Below are positions 52,231 to 61,754 of a DNA stretch of 64,000 bases, one piece after another. The notes beneath the pieces were generated by a model that made no database searches, was not told the DNA's origin, and worked only from the letters and a program-made list of their open reading frames with translations. This DNA is from an uncultured Gammaproteobacteria bacterium (GTDB lineage Bacteria > Patescibacteriota > Microgenomatia > Levybacterales > UBA12049). Both the position numbers and the translations under genes were made by a program. The first letter of the stretch is position 1, and the number at the start of each line of letters is the position of its first letter. The stretch lies in NCBI GenBank assembly GCA_965230895.1, contig OZ246394.1, positions 1,377,887-1,441,886 of the forward strand, in the 5' to 3' direction.

Positions 52231-52956
52231 ATGTCTACAGAAGCCTCTGAACAAAAAAAGAAGAAGTTTGGTACGAAATCAATGTTGCTTACTGTATTGT
52301 TTGGCATTATCGTTGCCGGGGCTCTTGGTGGAGCAATCTATTACTTTATGCAATATCAAAATACCCAGGCACTATTGAAGGATCCAACCAAGGCAAGTGC
52401 GGAGAAGTCAAAGTTATTGGTTGAAGAAGTTGGAAAGCTTATGGTACTTCCTCCAAACGAAGCCCCGCAAGTAGCAACTGTATCAGACGTTAACAAACTA
52501 AAACAACAATCATTCTTTGCTCAAGCGAAGAATGGAGACATTGTCTTGATATATACACAAGCGAAAAAAGCAATTCTTTATGATCCAACCCAAAAGAAAG
52601 TTGTTGAAGTTGGCCCAATTAACTTGAGTGATACAACAGCACCTTCAACAGCTCCCGCAAACTCTGCTGTTAGCCCTACAGAACTCCGTGTAGTGCTCTA
52701 TAACGGTACCAAAGTTACTGGCTTATCGAGTACGACAGAAAAAGACTTAACAGCGAAAATGGCGAATGTTACTGTCGTTGCTAAAGGCAATGCTGTTAAG
52801 TCTACGTATACCAAAACAATTGTGGTTGATGTAACCGGTAAGCAGTCTGCAGGTGCCGCTCAAATTGCGAAAACACTTGGTGGAGAAGTTGGTTCTCTTC
52901 CTTCAGGTGAAGCAAAGCCGGCAAATGCTGATATTGCTGTCTTCCTCGGTAGATAA
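52231..52956 (+). CDS. membrane-anchored LytR_C (LytR/CpsA/Psr C-terminal) domain protein
   Basis: TM helix, then C-terminal LRVVLYNGTKVTGLSSTTEKDL...ADIAVFLG matching the LytR_C pattern. Confidence 0.5.
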   Translation: MSTEASEQKKKKFGTKSMLLTVLFGIIVAGALGGAIYYFMQYQNTQALLKDPTKASAEKSKLLVEEVGKLMVLPPNEAPQVATVSDVNKLKQQSFFAQAKNGDIVLIYTQAKKAILYDPTQKKVVEVGPINLSDTTAPSTAPANSAVSPTELRVVLYNGTKVTGLSSTTEKDLTAKMANVTVVAKGNAVKSTYTKTIVVDVTGKQSAGAAQIAKTLGGEVGSLPSGEAKPANADIAVFLGR

Positions 52957-53112
52957 CCAATTGTGATATAATACCTTCAAGACGATGTCTTATCTCGCGT
53001 AAGCGAGAAATAAGAGTAAATCCGGTATTCTAGGTATTCAACTTCAGGTTAAGACCTCACAAGTCACTTAGGATGAGTTACGGAACTCGTATCGAAAGGG
53101 GGTGAATCCTAA

Positions 53113-53412
53113 GTGGCAAATCAAGATCAACAAATTCAATGCAAAGACTGCGGTAAAGACTTTACTTGGACTGCAGAAGAGCAAGAATTCTATCAACAAA
53201 AAGGTTTCAGTGCACCATTACGTTGCAAAGATTGTCGTGCAAAAGCGCGAGCAAACTTTGATAACAACCGAGGCGGTGGAGATCGAGGTGAAAGACAATC
53301 CTTCGAAATCACTTGTTCAGAGTGTGGCGCAAAAGACACAGTTCCTTTTAAACCGCGAGGTGACAGGCCTGTTCTTTGCAGAAACTGTTTTAGAAAACAA
53401 AAAGGTGAATAA
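53113..53412 (+). CDS. double zinc-ribbon protein (zf-trcl-like), GTG start
   Basis: CKDCGKDFTWTAEEQEFYQQKGFSAPLRCKDCR and CSECG...CRNCF. Preceded by an AAGGGGG ribosome-binding site. Confidence 0.55.
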   Translation: MANQDQQIQCKDCGKDFTWTAEEQEFYQQKGFSAPLRCKDCRAKARANFDNNRGGGDRGERQSFEITCSECGAKDTVPFKPRGDRPVLCRNCFRKQKGE

Positions 53413-53440
53413 CTAGAAGTTCTCTAAACGAAACTTAGAA

Positions 53441-53468
53441 ACGCAGGGCGAAAGCTCTGCGTTTTTTG
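53441..53468. terminator. bidirectional intrinsic terminator
   Basis: ACGCAGGGCGAAAGCTCTGCGTTTTTT, with an A-rich tract on the other side for the convergent minus-strand gene. Confidence 0.65.
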
Positions 53469-53512
53469 TTGGAAGAAATTATTGAATAATAATCATGCAA
53501 AAATGAACAACC

Positions 53513-55720
53513 TTAGTTTGCTGGTTGCTCATTTGCCGCCTGACTTGGAGATGGATTTGTTGCTGGAATCGAAGGAGCAGGGATTTGCTCTCGTGGATTC
53601 CTCTCAGGCAATGTTGTTGATGGTCGGTTTACATCTATTTGCTGTTCTGCTTCTTCACCAGTGTTTGCTGGAGTTGCAGATTGGCTTGCTGTTTGTTGCT
53701 TGCTACCTTCGTTAGTTTGCTCGTTTCCTTGCTGTCTCTTGTTCAAGTTCGCGATATCAGCGTCAATCTTCGCTACATTATCTTTATTGTCCGCAACTAA
53801 TTGCTTAACGATATTGTATGCACTCAATGCTTGAGCATATTCACCCTTTTCTTCAAGAGCGTGCCCCAAATTGTAGTATGCATTTGCATAATCCTGTTTC
53901 AAATTGATTGCAATCTGGAATTGTCGGATCGCATCATCATATTTCCCCAATTGGTAGTATACGCCACCCAAGTCAATATATTGTTGTGGGTTATTTGCAT
54001 CAAGTGCGATAGCTTGTTGCAAAGTAAGGATAGTAAATTGATCGGCATTTTCACCAAAGCCGATCAAACTTCGGTAGATTGATGACAAGTTATTCCAGTT
54101 AAATGAGGTCATAGGGGAAACAGTGACTGCTGTTCTGCCTGCATTGATTGACTGCTGAATCAACGTTAAGATATTTTGCTGTGTTTGTGCGCTTGGAGAT
54201 GCTCCTTGTTGATTTACTGCGAGTGCATTAGCCAAAGCGAGATTTGTTTGTGAGAAAGATCGATAGTAGATGTCTCGATATGGGAATGTGTTAATTGAAG
54301 CAGCCTGCAATTCATATGTTGTGATGCCATCGTTTTGTGACGCAGCAACCAATGATCTCTGGAAAAGGAGGTCAGATAATGTGAATCGTGCTACAAAGTA
54401 GAGCGGAGCACCGATGACGACGATTACAAAGATTATGAAGACGATTGGAAGAATCTTACTAAATCTCTTTTCTGAAGCACTCTGCTCAACTCGATCTGAC
54501 TCAGGTGTAACGGCTAAGAAGCCTTTTTTGAAAGCTACTAAGTACATTTCAGCTTCACCAAATTTGCCAGGATTGTTGTGGATGCAAACGACAGCGAACA
54601 AAGCTAATAAGATAAAGAATAGTGCGATAAGAGTAAAAGAGAATGGCAAAGCAATAGCTGCTACGATCGCTAAGATCAATGGGAGGAAAAATGTCTTTTG
54701 CTTTAATACTCTTAAGATAATAAATCCGAATGCAACTAAGCCTAAAAGCCCTGTGGTTGCGAGCAATTCGAGCACGAATGAACTTGACCGGAAGAATGTG
54801 AATGCCCATAGCGTAGGGTTTGTGTTATATACAGCAGGCTTGAATTGAGTGAAATCATTAATGTATGTGCCAAACCCACTTCCGAGCAAGAGACTCTTAA
54901 ATATATTTGATGCACCTTGTGAGATTGCTGACATAGCTGTCTGCAATCCAGTATCAAATGGTAAAATAAGCGGCTTTTGTGAAGTGAAAAGCATATACAC
55001 AGTTAAACTCAAAGCAATAGCAATTACCGCGAATCCAACTGCAAAGCCAGCCATAGGTCCGCCTTTGCCTTTTCGAGCTCCTTCACCTTGTGCAGTCTTT
55101 GACGCGTTAAGGTAGTTGTAACCGAAATAGCCTGCGATTGGTAATACAATTGCGAGGTAGAGTGCCTGATCAAGCAACGATCCGAATGTGGTAAAAGCTT
55201 GAGATTTTGCATAGACAAATGGCAGTAAATGAATGTTAAAGAATGAAAAGATTGTTAAAATAGCCGAAACTGAAGCTCCAAGAGTCAATGCTCCTAGAAG
55301 AAAAAGCAGATGTTTTTCAGTTCGTACTGTATTTACAACTACAAAGTAGAGAAGCATGACAAACAATAATGGAGTGAATGCAATTAACGCGTCATATCTA
55401 TTGATACTAAAAATAGCTGAAAGTAATGTCACAACTGCAAATATCCCAACAGGAAGATCAAATGGAGAGGTCCTGAGTTTCAACTTTCCTTCAAAGAGTG
55501 TTTTAACTCCAAATAAAACAAGAGCAATGGATGTAAGACCGATAAGTAACAATTGCTTTGGTAATACAAACGCGTCAGTTGTACTACTTAGAAAGAGGAG
55601 CGGGAAGACGACGAAAAGTATGGCGACAACAAATAAACTTGCGCTTTCTAAATAAGATGTGATTCCTTTTTTTGTTCCGGGCATAGAATTGAAAAATAGA
55701 TCTCTATTAAACTCTACCAA
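53513..55720 (-). CDS. O-antigen-ligase/Wzy_C-like polytopic membrane protein with C-terminal TPR repeats
   Basis: More than 10 hydrophobic helices. C-terminal TPR (YYQLGKYDDAIRQFQIAINLKQDYANAYYNLGHALEEKGEYAQAL). Q/N/P-rich tail. Confidence 0.55.
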   Translation of the reverse strand: MVEFNRDLFFNSMPGTKKGITSYLESASLFVVAILFVVFPLLFLSSTTDAFVLPKQLLLIGLTSIALVLFGVKTLFEGKLKLRTSPFDLPVGIFAVVTLLSAIFSINRYDALIAFTPLLFVMLLYFVVVNTVRTEKHLLFLLGALTLGASVSAILTIFSFFNIHLLPFVYAKSQAFTTFGSLLDQALYLAIVLPIAGYFGYNYLNASKTAQGEGARKGKGGPMAGFAVGFAVIAIALSLTVYMLFTSQKPLILPFDTGLQTAMSAISQGASNIFKSLLLGSGFGTYINDFTQFKPAVYNTNPTLWAFTFFRSSSFVLELLATTGLLGLVAFGFIILRVLKQKTFFLPLILAIVAAIALPFSFTLIALFFILLALFAVVCIHNNPGKFGEAEMYLVAFKKGFLAVTPESDRVEQSASEKRFSKILPIVFIIFVIVVIGAPLYFVARFTLSDLLFQRSLVAASQNDGITTYELQAASINTFPYRDIYYRSFSQTNLALANALAVNQQGASPSAQTQQNILTLIQQSINAGRTAVTVSPMTSFNWNNLSSIYRSLIGFGENADQFTILTLQQAIALDANNPQQYIDLGGVYYQLGKYDDAIRQFQIAINLKQDYANAYYNLGHALEEKGEYAQALSAYNIVKQLVADNKDNVAKIDADIANLNKRQQGNEQTNEGSKQQTASQSATPANTGEEAEQQIDVNRPSTTLPERNPREQIPAPSIPATNPSPSQAANEQPAN

Positions 55721-55825
55721 GTTATTTTAGTGGTTGTCAAGTTTAATATTACTATATTTATTGTGGACTGGTATTTCATATTTTTGCCTCGATTTCCCTA
55801 TACTATTATATAGTTCATAAAGTTA

Positions 55826-58800
55826 TTAATTAACAATCCACCAGTTAAATGTGATATCTTTTGTCGCATTATTTGATATTTGGATAGTGAAAGATCCTTT
55901 TTTGCCAGTTTGTGTATCTTGAGCTGTTTGCCGAGCTACATAAAGTGTCATTTTCTGTGTATCAGACGTCGCTGTCACGTAAATCAATGAATCCTTTGTC
56001 ACGTAAGGAGTGAAAATTGTTCGTTCTTTTTGTTTTGCTTTAATGATGCCTTTGCCAGCTGAATTATTGGAAGTTGTTTCAACGACTGAAGTATCTGCTT
56101 GTACTCCTCGTACAATATTAATATTTGCGAACTTACCTGCACCGGATGCTTCAACATCACCTTTTTGGCTGACTCGTACAACATCTTTTCCTTGATTGTT
56201 CTCAACTGTGAGGTCTGAACCCGGAACTGGCGCAATGATGTTTGCTGCCAATTTTCCTTTAACCGTAACATCCTTTGCAAAGAATGCATTACCATTTACT
56301 TCGAGATTACCTTGGGTATCGATAGCAACTTTACCATTGACGAACTCTACGCCATTAAATCCATCTGATTGGATTCGAAGTGGACCTGAGGCCGTATTAA
56401 TTGTAGCAGTGCCTTCATCATCAAGTCCGTTAATGTTCATGAGTCCTACTGTCACTTTTCCAGTAATTCCAACGTCAGAAAGGGTTGTTCTGCCAAGGAC
56501 AGAAAGTGTATTTGAAACTGTAGCATCCCGCGTGTCCAATTTCTCAAGTCCTAGTTCTGTTGGAGTTCGTAACGTATCCATGAATGTTTGTGGATCTTGA
56601 GAGAGCATTTCACTTACTTCTGAGCTAAATTCGGCAGCAGGGGAAGCTGCTGGACTTTGTGTTACTGAAGGACTTGCCACAGGTGTCGCTGATGGAGTGC
56701 TCATGATTCGAGTGATAGTAGGTGTCGGTATACTATTATAGATAGGCATAATCGTTGCTGCTGGAGATGCAACTCTTTGAGCCGCGACTGTCGCCGTTGC
56801 ACTTTGTGTTGCTTCACTAGCTTGAATAGCTGCAGTTGTCGCATTTGGTTGTGTGTATGCAATTTCTGCAGATGCAGTTGCTGCAACGGTTAATCCCTCC
56901 AATGCATCTGCTGATGGAAGATCTGTCTTTGCTTGTCCAGTGATTCTTTCAACAATTCCTGCGATGTAGTCATCTATGTGTTGTCCATTAATGAAAAGGT
57001 CGGTTGATGTAATGTTCAAACTTTGTGTAGTAATTTCGGTAACTTTTATCACTGACGCGATAAAGCCATTTTCAGCCTTTTCATTTTGTTGATCAGTTGC
57101 TGTAGCAATGCCTGCATTAACAGCCAAATTCAAATCGCCAGCATCTGTGACTTGTGATTGCGGAACCTGATAAGAGATATTTACGAATGACATTACCTTT
57201 CCAATAGCATTTGGATCAGTATTGTCATAACTTTCGAGTGCTCGAGCGATGATCTGTCCAGGTCGTGTCGCTTTCATCGCAACTCCTGGTATGTTTGAAG
57301 AGGTGAGGGGATCTCCCGCTTTAATCGCTCCATTACTTGTTGTCACTTTCACTGGCACTCTTCCTTGTAATGCCAATGGATACACATTTGGATGGTCAGC
57401 ATCTGGAGCTGCATCTGAATTGAGGGTAAAACCAGGCTTAGTTGATATGATACCTATCACTTGAGATTGGTATGATGTAGTTGATTTTACAACTGCTTGA
57501 TTGTTCTGGAGACTTTCAGGTATTACAACGTCACCTGGTTCAAGTGTTTGCGCTGAAACATAATTCTCTGCTAAGTCAGCTGCTTGTACTGTTGTGTTCG
57601 CTGCATAGATAGTTCCAGGTGTTGAACCAGCACAAGCGCCAGCAGTTGCTCGGACGCAAATAGAACCAGCAACATTAAATGCTCTGAGTGATTGATTCCA
57701 TGCAATTGATGGGTCTTGGACGAGTTGAGCATTTGCGCCAATAAATGGTAGTGCACCTGGTGTAAAACCAGTCAATGTAAAATTCTTTCCAGCAGCAACT
57801 GTCATTCCTTCATTTGCATTAATTAAACCATTGGCATTAACTGTACCGTTTAATTTACTTTCACCTTTTACTTCTATACTATTATTAATAGTCGTAACGC
57901 CTGTCTTTCCACCAAGTGAAAGGGTGGTGGCATTATCACCGATTGTTAAATTGGTTACATTTGTATTAGCAATACCGAATGTGTTACTGTTTGATGCTAT
58001 AGTATTTCCGTTTATAGCAATGTTTCCAGCGAACATTCCATCTCCTGCAGCGTTAACTCTGAATTTAGCAACATCATTGGCAAAACCGCTAATGATATCG
58101 TCACCTGAATTTTGTTTGACAGTAAGGGCTGAACGTCCATTTGTATTCCCGAGGATAGCAACGATGTCGGTAATTGTTACCGCGCCTGGTATGCCTGCAG
58201 CAGTGTTATTGCTTGTAGTATTTTGGATTGGAGCTTGCATGTCTATAATACCCGAACCATCAGTCGTTAATTGGATATTGCCATTTGATCCAGGGTTTGT
58301 AGTAAGAACCATTGTTTGGCCTGATAATGTAAATTGGCCTCCAGTAGCTTGGAATGTAGGACTAGCACTGCCTCCTATAGTTAAATCACCTGATGAGTCT
58401 AAAGCCAAAATTACGTTCTCAGTCGCCGCACTGTTTGTTATAGGCTTTAAGCCCTGTAGTGCTTGAGAATTGCTTGCTAAACCTGTTGTTGCGATCTGTC
58501 TTCGAGGCTGCAATTCTGCATCTCTTCCTACAGTCAAACCTACATAAAGGTTAGGGTTAGACGTAAGTAATTGCTGAGTTAGTGTTGCTTTCTTTCCAAG
58601 TGCTGTCGTGAAATAGCCATCCTGGTCTGGGGTTACACTTTGTGTTTCTTGCCAGAGCAATGCTGCTCCTGAAGCAGTTGGGCTATTATATAGCGCAAAC
58701 CGCAGCTTCGTTTCTGCGGTGATTGGTGTATTTGTTTTGTCCATTAGTCTTCCTTGGAAAGCGAGTGTTCGCGGAGGAGATATTGGTTGCGAGGCAAGAG

Positions 58801-60127
58801 CTGCAGTGTTTTTACTTGGTGGTTCAACAGCAGCCTGGTAACTTGCTACACCTGCAACAGCCATAGCAAATATAAGGATTGCGAAATGAATATGATGGGC
58901 GATAGGGTATGAATGATACTTCTTATACCATGCTGGACGAGTATGTCTCATATGGTGCCAGACTCTCTGATACCATGGTAGATTCTTAAGAGAAATACTC
59001 AATGGCGCATAAAACGATTTAGAAATATTCCTTACGAAATATGGTTTTGCTTTCGTCTTAATTCGGACAAGATCACCCACAACTGTAGCCGTCCTAGTGG
59101 TTATGCGAGTTATAGTACTAACCTTTTTAGGCAATATTACTTCTATTGGCTCAACCGGTAGTTTGTGACCGGCATTTTCTAAAATGGTGTTAACTGGAGT
59201 AAATACGCTCTTGCCTGAATTCTTCCATAATGAATATTGTACAGCCTCAGCACCTTTAGCTATAGGGTTAAATATTAGCGAATCAAATAGGTGACTGACA
59301 AACTTAGTCGTTTTTTGTCCGAGTCGGATTGGAGCAAAGCTGGAATATTTTGTCTCTTTCGGTAATTCTTCCTCAGGTGTGATTTCCTTCAAAGCGGTTA
59401 GGGGCAAGGGTGCTGCTTCCGGTATAATCTTTTGGACTATGGTCTCTTCAGGTTCAACTTTCTCAACCTTTTCTTCAACTATTACTGGTTCTCTTTTAAC
59501 TAGTCCTTGATCACTCAACCAACGGAGATATCTTCGAAGTGAGGAGAGCTTTCTATTTATAGATGTAGGTGAAAACTTCGAATCACTCATTAACCTTTCT
59601 TTATAATGCTCAACCGTTGCAGTATCTATCATAATGAATCGGTTATCCTTTGATACGATATCATCGACATTTACCTTCTCGAACCACAAAAGAAATTGGT
59701 GGATATCATGCAAATAATTCTTGATCGTTAATTTGCTGGCGCCAGTTGCAACGAGAGAATTTTTATATGGTTTTATTTGCCAAGGGTCTTCAATTACTTT
59801 CGGAGAATCGGTAATTATTGCGTCAAATGGATTTGCCTCAATCGCCCCAGAATCGCGTAGGAAGCGACAAAACTTTCTTAATGATGAAATGTACCTCTTT
59901 GCAGAACGAGTAGCGACGACAGAACCTTGACTGTTTTCATTAAGACTCTGTTGATAGTTCTTTATAAGCTCGGGAGATAGATTTGAAGCTGAAAATGTAC
60001 TACCCTCAGTCTTTTCATACCATTGAATGAACTTCCTTACGTCAGAAAGGTAGTTTTTCACAGTTACCTTGCTAGGTTTATTCCTGTCTGTGAAAAGATG
60101 TAATCTAAAATCATTTACTATATCCAT
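55826..60127 (-). CDS. giant membrane-spanning protein (1433 aa): two N-terminal integrase core-binding (SAM-like) domains, TM helix, large extracellular beta-rich region
   Basis: Core-binding-domain-like segments TVKNYLSDVRKFIQW...YISSLRKFCRFLRDSGAIEANPFDAI and TIKNYLHDIHQFLLWF...KLSSLRRYLRWLSDQGLV. TM helix HFAILIFAMAVAGVASY. FQGRL N-domain and C-terminal domain shared with the 2527-aa protein. Confidence 0.65.
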   Translation of the reverse strand: MDIVNDFRLHLFTDRNKPSKVTVKNYLSDVRKFIQWYEKTEGSTFSASNLSPELIKNYQQSLNENSQGSVVATRSAKRYISSLRKFCRFLRDSGAIEANPFDAIITDSPKVIEDPWQIKPYKNSLVATGASKLTIKNYLHDIHQFLLWFEKVNVDDIVSKDNRFIMIDTATVEHYKERLMSDSKFSPTSINRKLSSLRRYLRWLSDQGLVKREPVIVEEKVEKVEPEETIVQKIIPEAAPLPLTALKEITPEEELPKETKYSSFAPIRLGQKTTKFVSHLFDSLIFNPIAKGAEAVQYSLWKNSGKSVFTPVNTILENAGHKLPVEPIEVILPKKVSTITRITTRTATVVGDLVRIKTKAKPYFVRNISKSFYAPLSISLKNLPWYQRVWHHMRHTRPAWYKKYHSYPIAHHIHFAILIFAMAVAGVASYQAAVEPPSKNTAALASQPISPPRTLAFQGRLMDKTNTPITAETKLRFALYNSPTASGAALLWQETQSVTPDQDGYFTTALGKKATLTQQLLTSNPNLYVGLTVGRDAELQPRRQIATTGLASNSQALQGLKPITNSAATENVILALDSSGDLTIGGSASPTFQATGGQFTLSGQTMVLTTNPGSNGNIQLTTDGSGIIDMQAPIQNTTSNNTAAGIPGAVTITDIVAILGNTNGRSALTVKQNSGDDIISGFANDVAKFRVNAAGDGMFAGNIAINGNTIASNSNTFGIANTNVTNLTIGDNATTLSLGGKTGVTTINNSIEVKGESKLNGTVNANGLINANEGMTVAAGKNFTLTGFTPGALPFIGANAQLVQDPSIAWNQSLRAFNVAGSICVRATAGACAGSTPGTIYAANTTVQAADLAENYVSAQTLEPGDVVIPESLQNNQAVVKSTTSYQSQVIGIISTKPGFTLNSDAAPDADHPNVYPLALQGRVPVKVTTSNGAIKAGDPLTSSNIPGVAMKATRPGQIIARALESYDNTDPNAIGKVMSFVNISYQVPQSQVTDAGDLNLAVNAGIATATDQQNEKAENGFIASVIKVTEITTQSLNITSTDLFINGQHIDDYIAGIVERITGQAKTDLPSADALEGLTVAATASAEIAYTQPNATTAAIQASEATQSATATVAAQRVASPAATIMPIYNSIPTPTITRIMSTPSATPVASPSVTQSPAASPAAEFSSEVSEMLSQDPQTFMDTLRTPTELGLEKLDTRDATVSNTLSVLGRTTLSDVGITGKVTVGLMNINGLDDEGTATINTASGPLRIQSDGFNGVEFVNGKVAIDTQGNLEVNGNAFFAKDVTVKGKLAANIIAPVPGSDLTVENNQGKDVVRVSQKGDVEASGAGKFANINIVRGVQADTSVVETTSNNSAGKGIIKAKQKERTIFTPYVTKDSLIYVTATSDTQKMTLYVARQTAQDTQTGKKGSFTIQISNNATKDITFNWWIVN

Positions 60128-61754
60128 GGCAGTTTATTGTGAAAACTCGTTACTTAATAAAATACGAAAACTCTTGTTTAGCTACGAAATTATACTGATT
60201 ATACCGATTATCAACGTTAAAAATGAGCTCTTAAACTAGAATATATAAAATGTTATTTGGATGTCAATAAGCTGGGGGCATATTGATATGTTTGGATACT
60301 CTTTGTTATTGTCGTGTTTTCATGATTTTAGCCTTAATGGTTACACATAGCTGTTTTAAAGGTTAAATTGCCTTAAAAATGCGGAAATTACTGCTATATT
60401 TCGTATTTTTCGTGAAGATATTTTTATTCTAGCCACGATTTGTGCCTATTGAGTTTGAGCACTCTTTACACAGTAATGCTCTGCAAAATGACTAAAAATG
60501 CTTGTAATATGGGATGTTTTTATTAACGAATATTTTAAGAGAAATATGATTCAATAGTAATTGAACTGTGTTTTTGATCTTCCGCAAAATGCTTGAAAGT
60601 GGTTATTTGGCATTCAGAATAGACTAGTGATAGCTTTCCTGAATGATTGTTTGGTTTGAATTGACAATCCAAATGTTTAATTACCGATATTTTACGATAG
60701 CATCATATGATTAATTGTACATACTGGCATCGCTGTTCGTTAATAGTGTGAGTTTGATGAAATCCATTTATAGCATGATCGGTAAAATCATACTATAAAT
60801 GGATCATTTATTTGTTGGGGTTTCTATATAAAGTTCTTACGATACCTTTCTTAGTGGAAGTAAAATAGCCTCAATATACCTAAACAGCGCTTATCATGGT
60901 TGTGAAATAGTGTTTTCACTAGGGTTAGCTCAATGGTGAAGTGAAGGATGTTAAGTCATATTTATAGTATAACATCTCAAAAATAAATAGTAGTAATAAA
61001 CGATAGCTAAACTGGTTATTTTAATAGTCCTATATTTATTAATTTGTTTCCACTCATTAGTGAATCCTATTTGCAACTTGTCAATAATTTTAAATTTAGC
61101 CTTGTAATAGAAGACAAGCTGAGAAGCCCTAGAAGGCCCATGAAATATTTCTGCTGTATAATTTATCATCCTATTAACGTATATGTAGGCTAAAGTTTTT
61201 GATAGATGTTTTGCAGTAAAAAGTTGAAGTATTGAGGCTAAAAATAAATTAATGTATATAGTAACTCGTATCTAATATGCATTAGAGTCTTAGAGTGATA
61301 GCACTATAAATACGGTAGTAGCTTTGATATCTATAAGATATGGAATGATCCAATAGTATGTGGCTACTATTCTCTAAGCATATCTAGAGGGATTTCTGCT
61401 AAAAGTTGATTTCTATAGTGTTATGACTATAATCGAGTAATAAGTGATGTTCTTGTGTCTATTTGGGGAAAGGGCTAGGTATTACAAATATACCTAAAAG
61501 GAGCTCTAGAGTTAATATTTAATAGAGTAGTGTAATATGGATATTACTATTGACAAAGTCTATTTAGCAGACTTCGTTTGACTATGATAGTTTGCGAACA
61601 GGTTGATTTGACAACCTAAACAAATAAATGCTGACATGTGTTTTTTAGAAGGCATTCAGATGCGTTTTAAGGCACGCAAATTCCTTTACCAGACTCATTG
61701 ATCATTATACAAAGACCTTAAAAAGCTCTAAATGATACATTTGAGTACTAGAAT

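Noticed and set aside
53102-53416. 104-aa Lys-rich ORF overlapping the zinc-ribbon gene in another frame
   Set aside because: Low-complexity product with no motifs, whereas the 99-aa frame has two complete CxxC zinc ribbons and a proper ribosome-binding site.
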